Assembly: GCA_001643675.2 (NCBI GenBank)
Contig: LSRY02000004.1
Location: forward strand, 1,612,001-1,676,000
DNA: 64,000 nucleotides
DNA from: Monocercomonoides exilis PA203
Taxonomy: Eukaryota; Protista; Preaxostyla
Direction: 5' to 3'
Shown here: positions 23,936 through 36,273 of the stretch, piece by piece
How the letters are laid out: every line of letters begins with the position of its first letter
Numbering within the stretch: position 1 is the first letter of the stretch
Made by a program: the position numbers and the translations under genes
Notes under the pieces: model-generated
What the model was told of the DNA's origin: nothing
The model's database searches: none
What the model saw: only the letters and a program-made list of their open reading frames with translations

Positions 23936-24712
23936 GGTTAATCACAACTTTAAGTAACATTCAGAAACTCGTTTTTTTTTCGGATTTTTTGTGACAGAAT
24001 GATTTAACATCAATAAATAAAACATGCTAGGGGTGAATTTTCCATTTTTAGAATACTTTTTTTTCAATGAAAAAATCTAATTTTTGAAAATCTTATGGTT
24101 ATGATCAAACTAATTTCTTATAATTTAAATTTGAAAACTGAACGATTTTTGAAAATTTCATAGTTTGGTATAAATTGATTTATAAGAAAAAAATCTTTCC
24201 ATTCAAATGAAGAGAATTAAAGATGTTTGAAGTTCATATTTGAATGTTTTGAAAAATTTAAATGGTGTGTGCATAAACCCGCACTTGTGCAAAAACCAGC
24301 ACACTTGACATTTTCTTTCGAAACACTCATCCACATTCAAATATGTGAATGCGTTTTGCACAAGTGCGGGTTTATGCACACACCATTAAAATTTTTCAAA
24401 ACATTCAAATATGAACTTCAAACATCTTTAATTCTCTTCATTTGAATGGAAAGATTTTTTTCTTATAAATCAATTTATACCAAACTATGAAATTTTCAAA
24501 AATCGTTCAGTTTTCAAATTTAAATTATAAGAAATTAGTTTGATCATAACCATAAGATTTTCAAAAATTAGATTTTTTCATTGAAAAAAAAGTATTCTAA
24601 AAATGGAAAATTCACCCCTAGCATGTTTTATTTATTGATGTTAAATCATTCTGTCACAAAAAATCCGAAAAAAAAACGAGTTTCTGAATGTTACTTAAAG
24701 TTGTGACTTGCC
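23936..24712. mobile_element. Non-autonomous foldback/MITE with ~359-bp TIRs, GG...CC ends and 8-bp TSD GAATTGAT (Merlin- or Mutator-like)
   Basis: Arms 23942-24294 and 24354-24706 are reverse complements with one mismatch seen, around a 59-bp spacer. Outer ends are GGttaa/cttgCC. GAATTGAT lies at 23928-23935 and 24713-24720. Confidence 0.85.
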
Positions 24713-24850
24713 GAATTGATATTATATTTATAAAAATTTATAAAATAATTCAACATTTCAGTCTTTTTCAAAAATGAATTTGATAACCTAAGAGTGATGT
24801 ATGTATAAATAAATATATAATACATAGAAAAATACGAAAAAATAGAAATA

Positions 24851-27800
24851 TCACTTTGCAATTGTAGTACACTGGAAAGATGTATAAATAGACAGTAAAA
24901 AAGATGCTGTTTTCCTTGTATGAAATTCAGCATGGGTAAGAAGTGCAAGTATCGCATCCTCAGCTCCTTCCTCTTCAAGCAACTTCATCAAAGGAAATCT
25001 GTTTGTATAGTAATAAGGCGCATTATTGGCTAATGTTGCATTGAGCTGCAGATAATTCCAATCACTTTCAAAAAGAGACTCCACCATCATAAACGGGCAC
25101 TTTCTGATCCATTCAGTCTCATATAGCATTTTTGTGTACAAACGCCCAGCAATCTCTGTTGATGGCCAATCTGTCGAAACACTAACCGATTTTTTCCACA
25201 AAACATTTCTGAATCTGTAAGGAATTAACGCCTTTGACCAGAGCAAGGTTAGTTGCTTCTTTCGAATGTGAGGATACCAATTTGACACAACAGCAGCACA
25301 CATACAAGAAACAATAAGCTGAGTTGTTTTCTCTAACTGAGAACAATATGGAAGAAATGAAAATAATGAATTCTTCACCGCCTCAATCAATCTGTCTGGA
25401 ATGAGCGGGCCAAAGCATATTGCAATCCCTATTACGCAGCGAGCCATTGAATCCAAAAGCAATGAAGGAGATGAAGGAGAAAGATGCTTCATCAGAACTT
25501 CACTAAAAGCATCGACAAACTTTGGATTAAGAAGAATTGTACCTCCTGGACAAAAAAAAAATAAACATTGTAAAAAGAGAAAAATGAGTTTTGAAGCGAT
25601 GAATCCATTGATTGAATATTCAATTTAGTAAAATTAATTAATTAATTAACATAAAATCGAATTAAAAATCTAAAGATTATATTTCTGACCTGTTTCCAAA
25701 GCTGAGTCAAGTGAAGCAAAATACAATATAAGTTTTGATATTTCGTTGTTTCCTTTCTTTTCTAGAAAATCAGTTTGATATGCATTGGAAATCGGTTCGT
25801 TCTTGTGTGTGAGAAGAAGAGAAACCGCTGGCCAATCCAACTGAAGAGCTGTCATTTTGCCTAAAATGTTTTCAAAACGTTGAAAATTGCTGTTTTCAGC
25901 AAGCCACATGTCAAAGGCAATGCCATCAAGTGCCACAACATCAATAATATGCTTTCCAGCCTCAATTCCAGAATACAAATAGTCTCTCATTGCTTTTGAA
26001 ATGCTTTGTTTCTCCAGAATGCTCTGATCTCTCTCAATCACTCCAACAATTCTTTCTATGAAATCTCCTTCTGTTAGACAGTTAATCACTGACTGTGGAG
26101 CCTGAATGTCTGGAAGCATCAGAGAAACAACTTGTAGTGATTGTGATGCTTTTGCATTTTCTGTGTTAACTTTTGGAGATGCAAGCTCAAACAATGTTTC
26201 GAACAATTTGATATTATTTAACGCGAGAAAAGGGAATTCCTTGCAATTTTGGGAAATCCTCAGCAAATTATTTGCGAATTCGCCAGGCATGTGACGATAA
26301 AGAAGCGAGCAAATGTAACACAAAGTGTTGACGCATTTTTCTTTTGCATCTGGCTGGGTGTGTGCAATGAAAGAAACGACCTTTATCAGACTTTGGGTGG
26401 CTGCCAGTTCGCTATCAACAGCTGAAATGCTTATCGATTCAACAAATTCCAATGCAGGGCCATATAATGAAACAGGAAAGGCCTCAATTCCACGCACAAA
26501 TAACCTTAAAAGTGCCTTTCGAAGTGAGTTATTCAGATTCTGCTTCTTGGCTTCCTGGACAACGACAGTAAAAACTCTCGCAAAGAAAGATGATTCGGCA
26601 GCTGTGAACTCAAGTTGTCTGTCTCCTGCCCAGCGAATGAAAAGCTTCATGCCTTCTTTCTCGACAAAGGCTTTTCTGATGGATTTCTGTTGCCTTGATA
26701 CAAAAAGCGCATCAATCAGGCTGAACGATACGTATATTCTATTGTCTCGTTTAGCCTTCTCTTGTTCAAAAATATCCTTTCCTATTTCTTTCTTTTTATT
26801 CTCTTTTTCCACGAAATAAACTGATTTCGACAAATAGTCATCATCTTTTTCATCTTTGTTTGTCGAATTCTTTGAATTACCCTTTTTGCCATCTCCTTTT
26901 CGCTTTTCCTTTGTCTTCTTTGAGCTTGCCACGTTGTTTCTACGTTCTTTGGAAAGTGTATTGCAGTTCTCTTTTTCCTCTTTCTGTGCCACTTCTTTTT
27001 TTGGCTTATCAAAGATCATGTTAACTTCTTTTATTGCTTCAATCTCCTTCTCGTAATCAATCATTTTGGCGATGCTTTCATTAACTCCAATGCAAACACG
27101 AAATAATCGAAGTACATTGCTCGAAAGAGTTGTTCTATTACACGTTTTATTCTGATTTCCATATTCTTCTTCGTCTTCGTCTTCTCCTTCTTCTAACTTC
27201 AATTCCATTGATTCTTTCCCTTTTCTCTTCTCCAGCACATCATTGCTTGAACAGCAAAAATGATTCCTTAGTACTTCCAATAATAATTCACAGCATCCGC
27301 TTTCCTTCAAAATATCCACAATTGTCGGTTTCCATCGAATTAATCTCGCCAAAATCACACAAATGCTCTGCAGTCCATTCATCAGTTGGATATTTCCCGA
27401 AATTGCAGGCGAAGAAGAAGAAGAACTCGAAGCCGAAATCTCATCTGCTGCTTCATCATATGCTGCGTTAAGGTGTTCAAAAAGAAAGTTGATGAGATAT
27501 TTCATAAACTTTTCTTCTGTGAGGCATTCTGTCAGAATGTCAATCTCGCTATTTTTCTGTGGAGTTGAAATGTTTATTGGAGGCGTTGGAACAAAAGGAG
27601 GAGGCCTTTGTGATTGCGGCAATGGTGGCATCTGCACACTAATATTTTGGTTTGAGAAATATGAAGAGGAAGAGGAGGATGAAGAAGAAGAAGCGGAAGA
27701 CGAAGATGAGACTGATGTGGACGAGGAAAAAGGCTCCGTTATCAAATAAATGACTGGAACGTCTGAAGATGTGAGTTGATCGTTAGACTTTTGTTGTATT

Positions 27801-30489
27801 TGGAGCTGGCTTAGCTTGTTTGTGTCCTGCCCGTCGTTTGAAGATGCTATCTGAGATTCCGATCGGTCAAGTTTTGTTTCATTATTTGAAAGTTTTTGAC
27901 AAACATTTAGCATCTCTTCAATTGAATGCAGGGCAGCTATTTGAACCAAAAGGCTCCTCTCAAAGCAAATGTCTGCGATGCAGTTCAACATTGTTGAAAA
28001 ATCCAGAAATATATCAGCAACACCATCTCTTTCAATCCATTGAGTCAATTCAGACAAAAGCTTAACACAAACATGTTCGTCAAATAACTTGTTCGCATAG
28101 AGGCAATCAATAATGAACGAACAAAGCATCTGAATGACATTTTTGTCTGTTGTTTGCCGCTTCACACATTTCATAAGAGAGTCAAAAATGCTGAATATCT
28201 CAGAAGCCGAAAGAGGATCAGAGCGCATTTGTATCGGTAAAGTTGTCAGAGGAGGTATATTTATTGGAAAGGCATTTGATGTTGCATTATCCGAATTTTT
28301 ATCATTCAAAGTTGAATCAGAAGAAGAAGAAGAAGAAGAAGAAGAAGAAGAAGAAGAAGAAGAAGAAGAAGAAGAAGAAGAAGAAGAAGAAGAAGAAGAA
28401 GAAGAAGAAGAAGAAGAAGAAGAAGAAGAAGAAGAAGAAGAAGAAGAAGAAGAAGAAGAAGAAGAAGAAGAAGGAAAAGGAGGAGGAGGAGGAGAAACGC
28501 AGAAAGGGCGTGACGGCTCTGGCACAGCAAGTGGAGTTGAAGTGTTTGTTGTTTGTTTACTACAATCTGTGCTCAACAGCTTTTCTTCTGAAGATATCAG
28601 CGCATCAGAAGATCCAGTTGCTAAAAGCGAAAACAAATTCTTTTTTTCGGCAGATTCACAGTCAGCCTCAGAAATGCAATTTGCTCGAGTTTCTTCTGCC
28701 CGGGCTGTATTTTCATTGAAATGAGTCAGTTTGATCTTTTCTCTCTGAAGAATGCTGCTCATCTTTTGAAAGATTGCTCCTAAATAGTTTTGGCTAATCA
28801 AAATATCGATAAGCTTTTTCCTCTCCTCAATCAGATGCTCGATTCTTCTCTTTCTTTGAGCCAATGATCTTTTTCTTCTTTTATTGTGTGTATTTATATC
28901 AGAATATTTATCATCATCTAATTTCCCTCTTTCCTTGCATTCAGACAACAGTATTGTTAATTTATTCAGTTTCCTTTCCAATTTTTCATTAATAATCATC
29001 TTCAGAATTCTCAACGCAAATCTCGATAATTCACCGTCTTCGCAACAGATTGCATCGACAAGAAGCTTCAGCTGCACAATTCCCACAGTCATTTGTCTTC
29101 CATATTTCAATGTAAAATTCGTATCATCTCCATTTTCTGTGTTCAGTTGACTTTTCAACTCTGAAGTTTTTGATTTTTCTTTTAATGCTTTTTTCTTTCT
29201 CAATTTAGCAAGTTTGTGTTCTTCTTCATTCGTTTTGATTTGTTTCTCGATAAAAGAAATTTTTACTTCATCTTCGAAAATTTCATCAACAATTGTTTTC
29301 AGATGTTCATAAATATAAGCTGGTGCAAACAGTTCCTTCTCAGTTCCCTTCAAAATATTCAAGGCTTTGGGCAAATTCACATCGAAAAGCTTCATCGCAA
29401 CATTCTGTGTTTTCGTTGCTTTCTTCAGCTTCATTTTAAACTCTGATGTTTTCAAATGAATATCTTGGTTTAAGTGCAAAATTTCATTTCTCAGACGTAT
29501 ATTTATCATTTCAGCGGAAGATGGTACAAGTTTCAATTCATCACTTGAGCTATCTTCACCCTTGCTTGCTGCATCAGAAAAGTCATCCTTATCTTGGCTT
29601 TCAATGACATCTTCGTCTGCTGTTTCTTCGCATTCCTCTTCGTCTTCTTTGCAAGTCTCTTTGTAGCAATATTTGTGATCAATATTTCTCGATTCTAATT
29701 TGAATCGTCCAAATGTGTATCCTTCAAATATCAATATTAGTGAATGCCTCCATCTCGACCAATATTTGTTCATCTGATTCGATAATGAACTGTTTCTTAT
29801 TATCATCTCGCAAATTCCAACTTCAATCATCATCTCACGAAAAACGCCAGCTTTTATCCCGCTTAAAACTTCCCATATATTCCCACATATGTCACGTATT
29901 TCATTCGTCGCTTGACTTTGAAAAGAAAATGAATGGGTGTGTATTAAAAGTTCTCTAAGCTCGAAGATTCCAATGCATTCTTTGTATTTATCAATGAGAA
30001 AACTACAAGATTGCAATAGTTTTAAATTAACTTCTTCTTTTTGGCCAATTCTTTGATGTTCAATGCAAAAATATCGAATAAATTAAATGATAATGCTTTT
30101 ATCGAGATTGAAAAAGATAAACCTGAAAATTTTTAGAATGTCATTCAATAAGCTATCAGCTAATTGCAGTTTTATTTGTTGTTTGATAGAATCTTGTTTA
30201 TCTGAAAAAGTGCATAACAAATTGCAATGATTGATTCGAAAAAAAGCACACCTAAACTTGTTAACTCTTTGTAAATGTTTGCATACCTTTCTTTTGTGTT
30301 GCTGCTAAGATAGTTATCAAATCTCATCAATAAATACTTTGAAATTTCCATTTCAGAATTAGTTAAGATGTTATCTCTTTGTTTCCCAAAAGCATCATCT
30401 TCAGAATGATCCTTAAAATTATTATCCTTTGTAAAGCACTTCATGTTTTTAACTTCATTTTGATCATTTAACTGACATACATCTTGCAT
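24851..30489 (-). CDS. Large helical-repeat (ARM/HEAT-like) hypothetical protein with poly-Ser inserts, multi-exon
   Basis: The 1448-aa ORF splices in phase (G|gtcaga...ccag|GA, intron 25689-25546) to the exon ending at 24851. A probable first exon starts MQDVCQLND at 30489; its junction is unresolved. Leu/Ile-rich amphipathic helices; C-terminal KLLEEEGAED. Confidence 0.7.
28320..28472. repeat. (GAA)51 perfect microsatellite encoding poly-Ser (TCT)n on the minus strand
   Basis: 153 nt of uninterrupted GAA inside the CDS. Confidence 0.95.
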
Positions 30490-30822
30490 TTCTCTGAATG
30501 ATGTAATCACAAAATTATTTTTCCAGAAAAAAAATATATAACTTATCACAAAATTTTTGAATGCATTGTTCTTTATTTATAAAATCAAGAGAATAATATA
30601 GTTCAAATAATATTAATAATCAAAGAAGATTAAAAAAACAGAAAAAAGAAAGAAAAAAAGAAAGAATAAAAAAATTGAGAAAAAAGCAAAAAAGAAAAGA
30701 AAAGACAGACAAGCTTGATTAACAATAAAACGATTACAATAGAAAATGATGCAATATAAAAATGCATAGATTGGAATTTGTAATAAAATATTTTGCTTAG
30801 CAATTTTGTTTATTACATTATA

Positions 30823-31242
30823 GTTGGTGTTAATAATGGTGGACACTTTCAATAACTGTGTCCAGTGGTATTATCTCAACAACTGTTGATTGTTGCATTT
30901 CGACAATAAACCCAATTATTCCCTCATTGAATACAAACTAATAAATCATATGAAAATGAAACAACTCACTCCCAAGAAAAAAGAAAAAAAAGGAAAAAAA
31001 AATAAACATTTTTTTCCTTTTCGGATTAACTCAGAGAAATAAAAATCCGCATGTTTCTTCGAAGTTGAAAAATGTCTCCTTCTTTATTCTTGGGAGTGAG
31101 TTGTTTCATTTTCATATGACTTATTAGTTTGTATTCAATGAGGGATCAATTGGGTTTATTGTCGAAATGCAACAATCAACAGTTGTTGAGATAATACCAC
31201 TGGACACAGTTATTGAAAGTGTCCACCATTATTAACACCAAC
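30823..31242. mobile_element. Tc1/mariner-type MITE with ~163-bp TIRs and TA target duplication
   Basis: Ends read TA|gttggtgttaataatggtggacac ... gtgtccaccattattaacaccaac|TA. Arms 30820-30985 and 31080-31245 pair with few mismatches around a 94-bp spacer. Confidence 0.8.
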
Positions 31243-31246
31243 TATT

Positions 31247-31486
31247 TGGGTGATTCTTTATGAAAAGTCACAAATGTTTAATTTTCAAAAAAAAAAAATT
31301 TAATATTTTGTTTAATATTTTGTTAGCAAATATCAAACTAAACTAAAATGGAATCTATTATCTGAAAATGCTATTTCAAACATTCTCGAGGAGATTTGTG
31401 ATCTGAAACAGAAATTTTAGCAAAATATGAAATATTTGATATATTTGAAAATAAAACATTTGTGACTTTTCAAAAAGAATCACACA
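31247..31486. mobile_element. Small MITE with ~42-bp (loosely ~75-bp) imperfect TIRs
   Basis: tgggtgattctttatgaaaagtcacaaatgtttaattttcaaa pairs with tttgaaaataaaacatttgtgacttttcaaaaagaatcacaca. TATT flanks both sides (31243-31246, 31487-31490). Confidence 0.7.
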
Positions 31487-31829
31487 TATTTGTAAACATT
31501 TTTTTCAAGAATAGATTTTTTTGCATTTTTTTGCATTATAATGGAAGACTTGGATGATTTTTATTTTTTGTCATGTTTTTTCACTCAAATTTTTCGATTC
31601 GAACATTTTCTCTTGAATATTAAAGAATGAACATTGAAAAGTGAAATGGCTAATAAAAGACATTTATATCTTAAATACGATTTATCCATTTGTTTAAAAA
31701 AACAATTATCATATTTTTATTTCTTTTGAATTCAAAATTTCATCCCATAAACAAACAGTCTATGATAAAACAACACTCCGAAAAATGTTATGATTTCAAA
31801 AAAAAATCACCCATTTATTGAAAGTTTCA

Positions 31830-32224
31830 AGGATTATTAATTAAATTGATTGAAAAAATCTGTGAAAATTTGAAATTCGAAATGTTTCATTTCAGAATTT
31901 CTTTTATTGCAATGATGATAAAATGACAAAAAATATTTATTAAAAGCAAAGGCCTTCCAAAAAACTGTGAAATTCCTTGAAAAGAGCTGGTTTTTATCGA
32001 TTATTAATCACCCATCAAAAAAGTCAAATGATTTTGAGAAAACAACATCTCGATTTTTTTCTATTCGTAAATCTCAAAGTTATTTTTGTTCACAATGACT
32101 ATTATTGAAACAAATTAATTATATGCTTTCACGAAAAATTTACTGTTCGTAGCTTTTTCTTAACAATTAGAACGTGTTCCATGCTTGTTTTCAATAACAA
32201 CAGAACTCCAAGCTGCTGAATGCT
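31830..32224 (-). repeat. Inverted diverged copy of 18901-19297
   Basis: Colinear reverse-complement blocks, as listed for the partner feature. Confidence 0.85.
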
Positions 32225-32337
32225 AATTCAAATGACCATGCTATGTTTGTTGTTTTCTAATGAATTTCATTTCGAATGTTCGTTTGAAAATTTTGTTATG
32301 AAATCTTATTGAAAAAACTATTATTATTTTCCCATTT

Positions 32338-33040
32338 GGAAACAAGAATGCTTAAGTGAAGAAAATAAAGAAGGCAAAACCATCTATGAGTTGTTTTCAA
32401 CAGTTTTTTCTTCGCATATAATCACAAATTTTAATGGCGATGGGATGAATAGCTAAGGTGTTCCAGCTGCATTCAAAATGAGGAGCCTCCAGTTCATTTC
32501 GTGCAACGCAACAGCAAGAGGTGGAAAATCAAATATTGTTCCAAGTCAATCAATAGCCGCGGCCAACAACATTTATTGCTATTTCTTCTTCTTCCACGAT
32601 TGCAGTTTTGTTTTTTCCACTCCATATGGTTACGATGGATTTTTTTTGAATAACAACAATTATTTTTCCTCAAACAACCCGTTCAATGAATCATTCACAA
32701 CGAATACTTATGAAAGGAGATTGTGTTATGCTTATTTGCAATCAAGAAGTTGGAAATATCAGCATACGGAAAAGATGGATTGGCTGAAGGAAGGAATGAA
32801 AAATCGATTTGTTGGGATAAGGGGGAATGACACAAACAATCTGTGTGGGATGAGTGAGTCTGCACCTAACAAGACAGTTGGGCATGAAGAAGGGTTGAGC
32901 ATGGGGCAGCTGAGCTCGATAATCACACTGTTTGTCGAAAGGCATGTGAGCGAAGAAACAACAATCAATGCTGAGAAAAAGAAGATTTCATTTGCTGGAA
33001 GAGGGAAGACAACGATTGTGATTATTCGCAATGAAGCTTT
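32338..33040 (+). pseudogene. Internal fragment of a receptor-family ectodomain (homologous to ~9502-10197 of gene A)
   Basis: GDGMNS*GVPAAFKMRSLQF..YCYFFFFHDC..PYG..NPFNE..HTEKMDWLK..GND..CG..SEETTI..KKIS aligns to gene A GGGMYCTNIPAAFKIKNIRF..YCYFLFFHEC..PPYG..NPFFE..HAEKSDWLK..GND..CG..TSETTTV..KKIS. It has an in-frame TAA at 32454, an upstream frameshift, a lost Cys (PCKTV to PNKTV), and no signal or TM. Confidence 0.85.
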
Positions 33041-33279
33041 GCACAAAAAAATGAAAACCCTTTTTTTCAAAATTATTATTAGGTCAATTTTTCCATTTTA
33101 TTGAATTCTTCACAAATACATGTTTTTCACTTGAGAAAACAATATATGTCATTAATACACATTTTTTCAAAAAGATAACTTGAACACAATAATGGAAAAT
33201 CAAAAAAGTGAAACAATTGATCACAAATTTCGAATTTTTTTTATGAAAAAACTTTCAAAGTGAAATGAAATGTGAATAT

Positions 33280-36273
33280 ATGGGGTAAAATACGGACTTT
33301 CAGACTTTTCATGCACAAAGCATGAAAAAACTGTTTCACATACAACATTTTTGAACTTAGCCAAATTTCAAAATAAATATGATTTTCATATCTGTGAACA
33401 AACATCATTGATATAATAACATTATGTTTTGCTTCCTCAGACGTATTTAATAAAATAAACCCATTTATTTCAAAAATTTTGATCACAAAAAATTCATCCA
33501 AGGTGCATAATTTTTCAATGAAAATGCCTGAAGTCAAATATTATGCTCCATATGTTTTTGTCCTTATGATTATAAGTGATGTGAAATGAATGAAAAAAAT
33601 TAAAAAATGTTCTTTCACACAATAAATGTGACAATGAACAATGCAGATAATATTCAAAGTTATTATAACCGATTTTGACTGAACTCTGTGAAGCCCAAAA
33701 CCGACATTTTATGAAATATAAGTTTCTTTTTTCCTTTCATCTCCTGCATGTCAACAAACACAATAGATAAGAGACACAACTTTGAGATATTTTTTTGGGC
33801 AATGATCATGCTGTGCCAGGATATTCTCCTTTTGACAAAAAAGATTTTTGCAATAAAACACTATCTTTTCAAAAGAAAAAAAAAATGAATGAATTCAAAA
33901 ATCAACCATGATGCCAAAAATGTTAAAACATCGTAACATTCGAATAGTTTTTTGGCACTGTGGTTGCCAAATATGAAGCTGAATGTTTCTTTTATTTGCA
34001 GGAATCACTTTTTTTCCACAAAACAAATACTGATTTGTATTTTTTCATTCAATTTGAACTGGGCCAATGAATGCCATTATCCTCGATTGGTTGAAAAGAA
34101 CCGCAATTGTTTTGATACAAAACACATCAGAAATTGAATACATATGCATCTTATTTTGCGAATAGCCCTTCAATAGCAGACCTTGCTATTCTCCAAAATA
34201 ACACTCGAATGGTGAAGGATTCCCACCTTTTACAAAAAAGCATTCACTCAAATACTCACAAACTTTATGCAAGCCAAGCAAACAAAAATCTGCACACACA
34301 CACACAACATAACATAAAAGACTCGAAAGTCTCGAAAGTCTCAAAAATAACATCTTCATTTTAAAAATTTCATCCTCGCTTGAGAATAAAAATCACACAA
34401 AAATCGCAAGATGTTGCATAATTCACAAAACTTGAAAAATCAAAAAGTGACAAAAAGTGACAAAAAGTGACAAAAAGTGATAGAAATATGCAAAATTGGA
34501 TGATTCGATTCCTCGATGAACACGCACAACGGTGCAGGATTGTCACCTTCATCACTTATTTGCACAGCATATATAGACAACACCCAGACCACATGAAACA
34601 TAATTGATGAACATATGCTTTTCGAAAATAGCTCAAATAGCACACCAATACATATACAATACTGAAATATATACACACATTCACACATTCACACATACAC
34701 ATCAAACAAAAACACCAGAACACAAACTCAACAAAGAAAGAACAATGAATAAGCACAACACAAATCACAAAACATTCACAAATCAAAAACAACAGCTTTC
34801 TTCAAAACAAGCATCAATTTGCTTTCTTTCTCATCCATCACAGAAATCACTACCTTGTTGTTTTTGCATCTCCCTCTTCATCACCATTCCCAACATCGTT
34901 GCCATTGCCCCCATCATCAACCATGCTGCTTCCCTCTCCCCCGCTGTGTTCATTTCTCCCACCTTCCTCTTCTTCCACGCCTATCGCATCCGACACTGTG
35001 AGCATCTTCGCCTCTGCTGGGAAATGCACAAAAAACTCCTTTTTCAGCTCGCTCAGCATCGGCCTCCCCTCCCACCCAGGCGAAAGGCACACACCAATCA
35101 GCTTCCCATATGTTGTGTCCTCCACCACATCCAGCCGAGGACGCTCCCCCTTCACAATCTTGTCTCCTGCTATCCCCGCCTCATACTCCCCAAACGGGAT
35201 CTCCAGCGTCACACACTCCCACAGCATCATCCCAATCGAGAACGCAACTGACTGCTTTGTCGCACACATCTTCCTGTTCATCAGCAGCTCCGGCGCCTTC
35301 CACCGCTTGCACTCATCCCGGTTGTCTTCACAATCCTCAAACGCTGACGACGGTGGTGGCGAGTCGGTAAACCTCTCGCTCATCACTGAAACATTCGATG
35401 AGGAAGACGAAACAATGGTCAGCGAAGAGATCGACGATGAGTCTGAATCCTCTGACGAAGAGGAGCAGTCTGAGTGGAGCGCAATGGCAATGTCCATGTG
35501 CTCCGAGAACAGCACAATGTGCGGACTCAGATTCTCCAGAGACGAGAGTGGATTGCTCATCTCATCGAACGAGTGCAGAGCAAGATTCGCCACCCAGAAC
35601 AGCACCTGCGCTCCTGTCACCTCCCGCTCCTCCACACTCCCAATCGCCATCTCCTTCGTCTTGTTCCTCCCATGCATCAGCATGAAAAACGAGTCTCGCA
35701 GATCAAGAATCAGCTTCTCGTGTGGAGACGAACAGTCCATCGCATCCACCAGATTCGACATGGATGAAGTGGTTGGACACATATCCTCTCCGCGAACAAA
35801 GGTGGAATCTGAATCAGTTGTTGAAGTGGTTGAAGTGGATGAAATGGATGGTGATGGTGATCTCTTTCTTGTTTCCTCTTCCTCTTCCACCTTCTCCAAT
35901 GCCCAATCAGGGATCTTGTCTGAATCTTTCCCCAGAATGTATTCAGTTGAGCCACTCTCAGACAGAAGATGCTCAGATGACTCAGAATGTCCCAAGCTTT
36001 TCTCGTACACCCTCTTCTTCACCCTCTCTTCATTCTTCTTCTCTGCCTCTCTCTCATCCCTTCTCCACTGCTCCTCTGGCGACAACTCCATCGTCACCAT
36101 CTCAAATGCTTTTGGATCCTTCTTCACTGTGTCTTCCACAATCACCTCCAGCTCTTCTGTTCTTTTCTTTTGTTTTTTCCATCTAACAATGAATATCACA
36201 AGGGCGATTAGAACAATCAAAAACAAAACAACGAATATAATCGCAATTATAGCAGCCCAAGATGATTTTCCTT
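33280..36273 (-). repeat. Right arm of ~3 kb inverted duplication (partner 15920-18893)
   Basis: Reverse complement of the left arm. It carries a (caaaaagtga)x4 expansion at 34441-34480 and a shorter CA tract. Confidence 0.95.

Noticed and set aside
28134-28724. Poly-Glu, poly-Lys and poly-Leu ORFs
   Set aside because: These are alternative frames of the GAA microsatellite inside the minus-strand gene.
34441-34480. Short direct repeats as a CRISPR-like array
   Set aside because: They are head-to-tail 10-mers without spacers, in a eukaryotic context.
34847-34852. TAG in gene B aligned to CAG in gene A, hinting at TAR=Gln recoding known in some oxymonads
   Set aside because: Multi-kb Gln-rich ORFs contain no in-frame TAA/TAG, and several genes end at TAA or TAG followed by non-coding DNA. 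The standard code fits.
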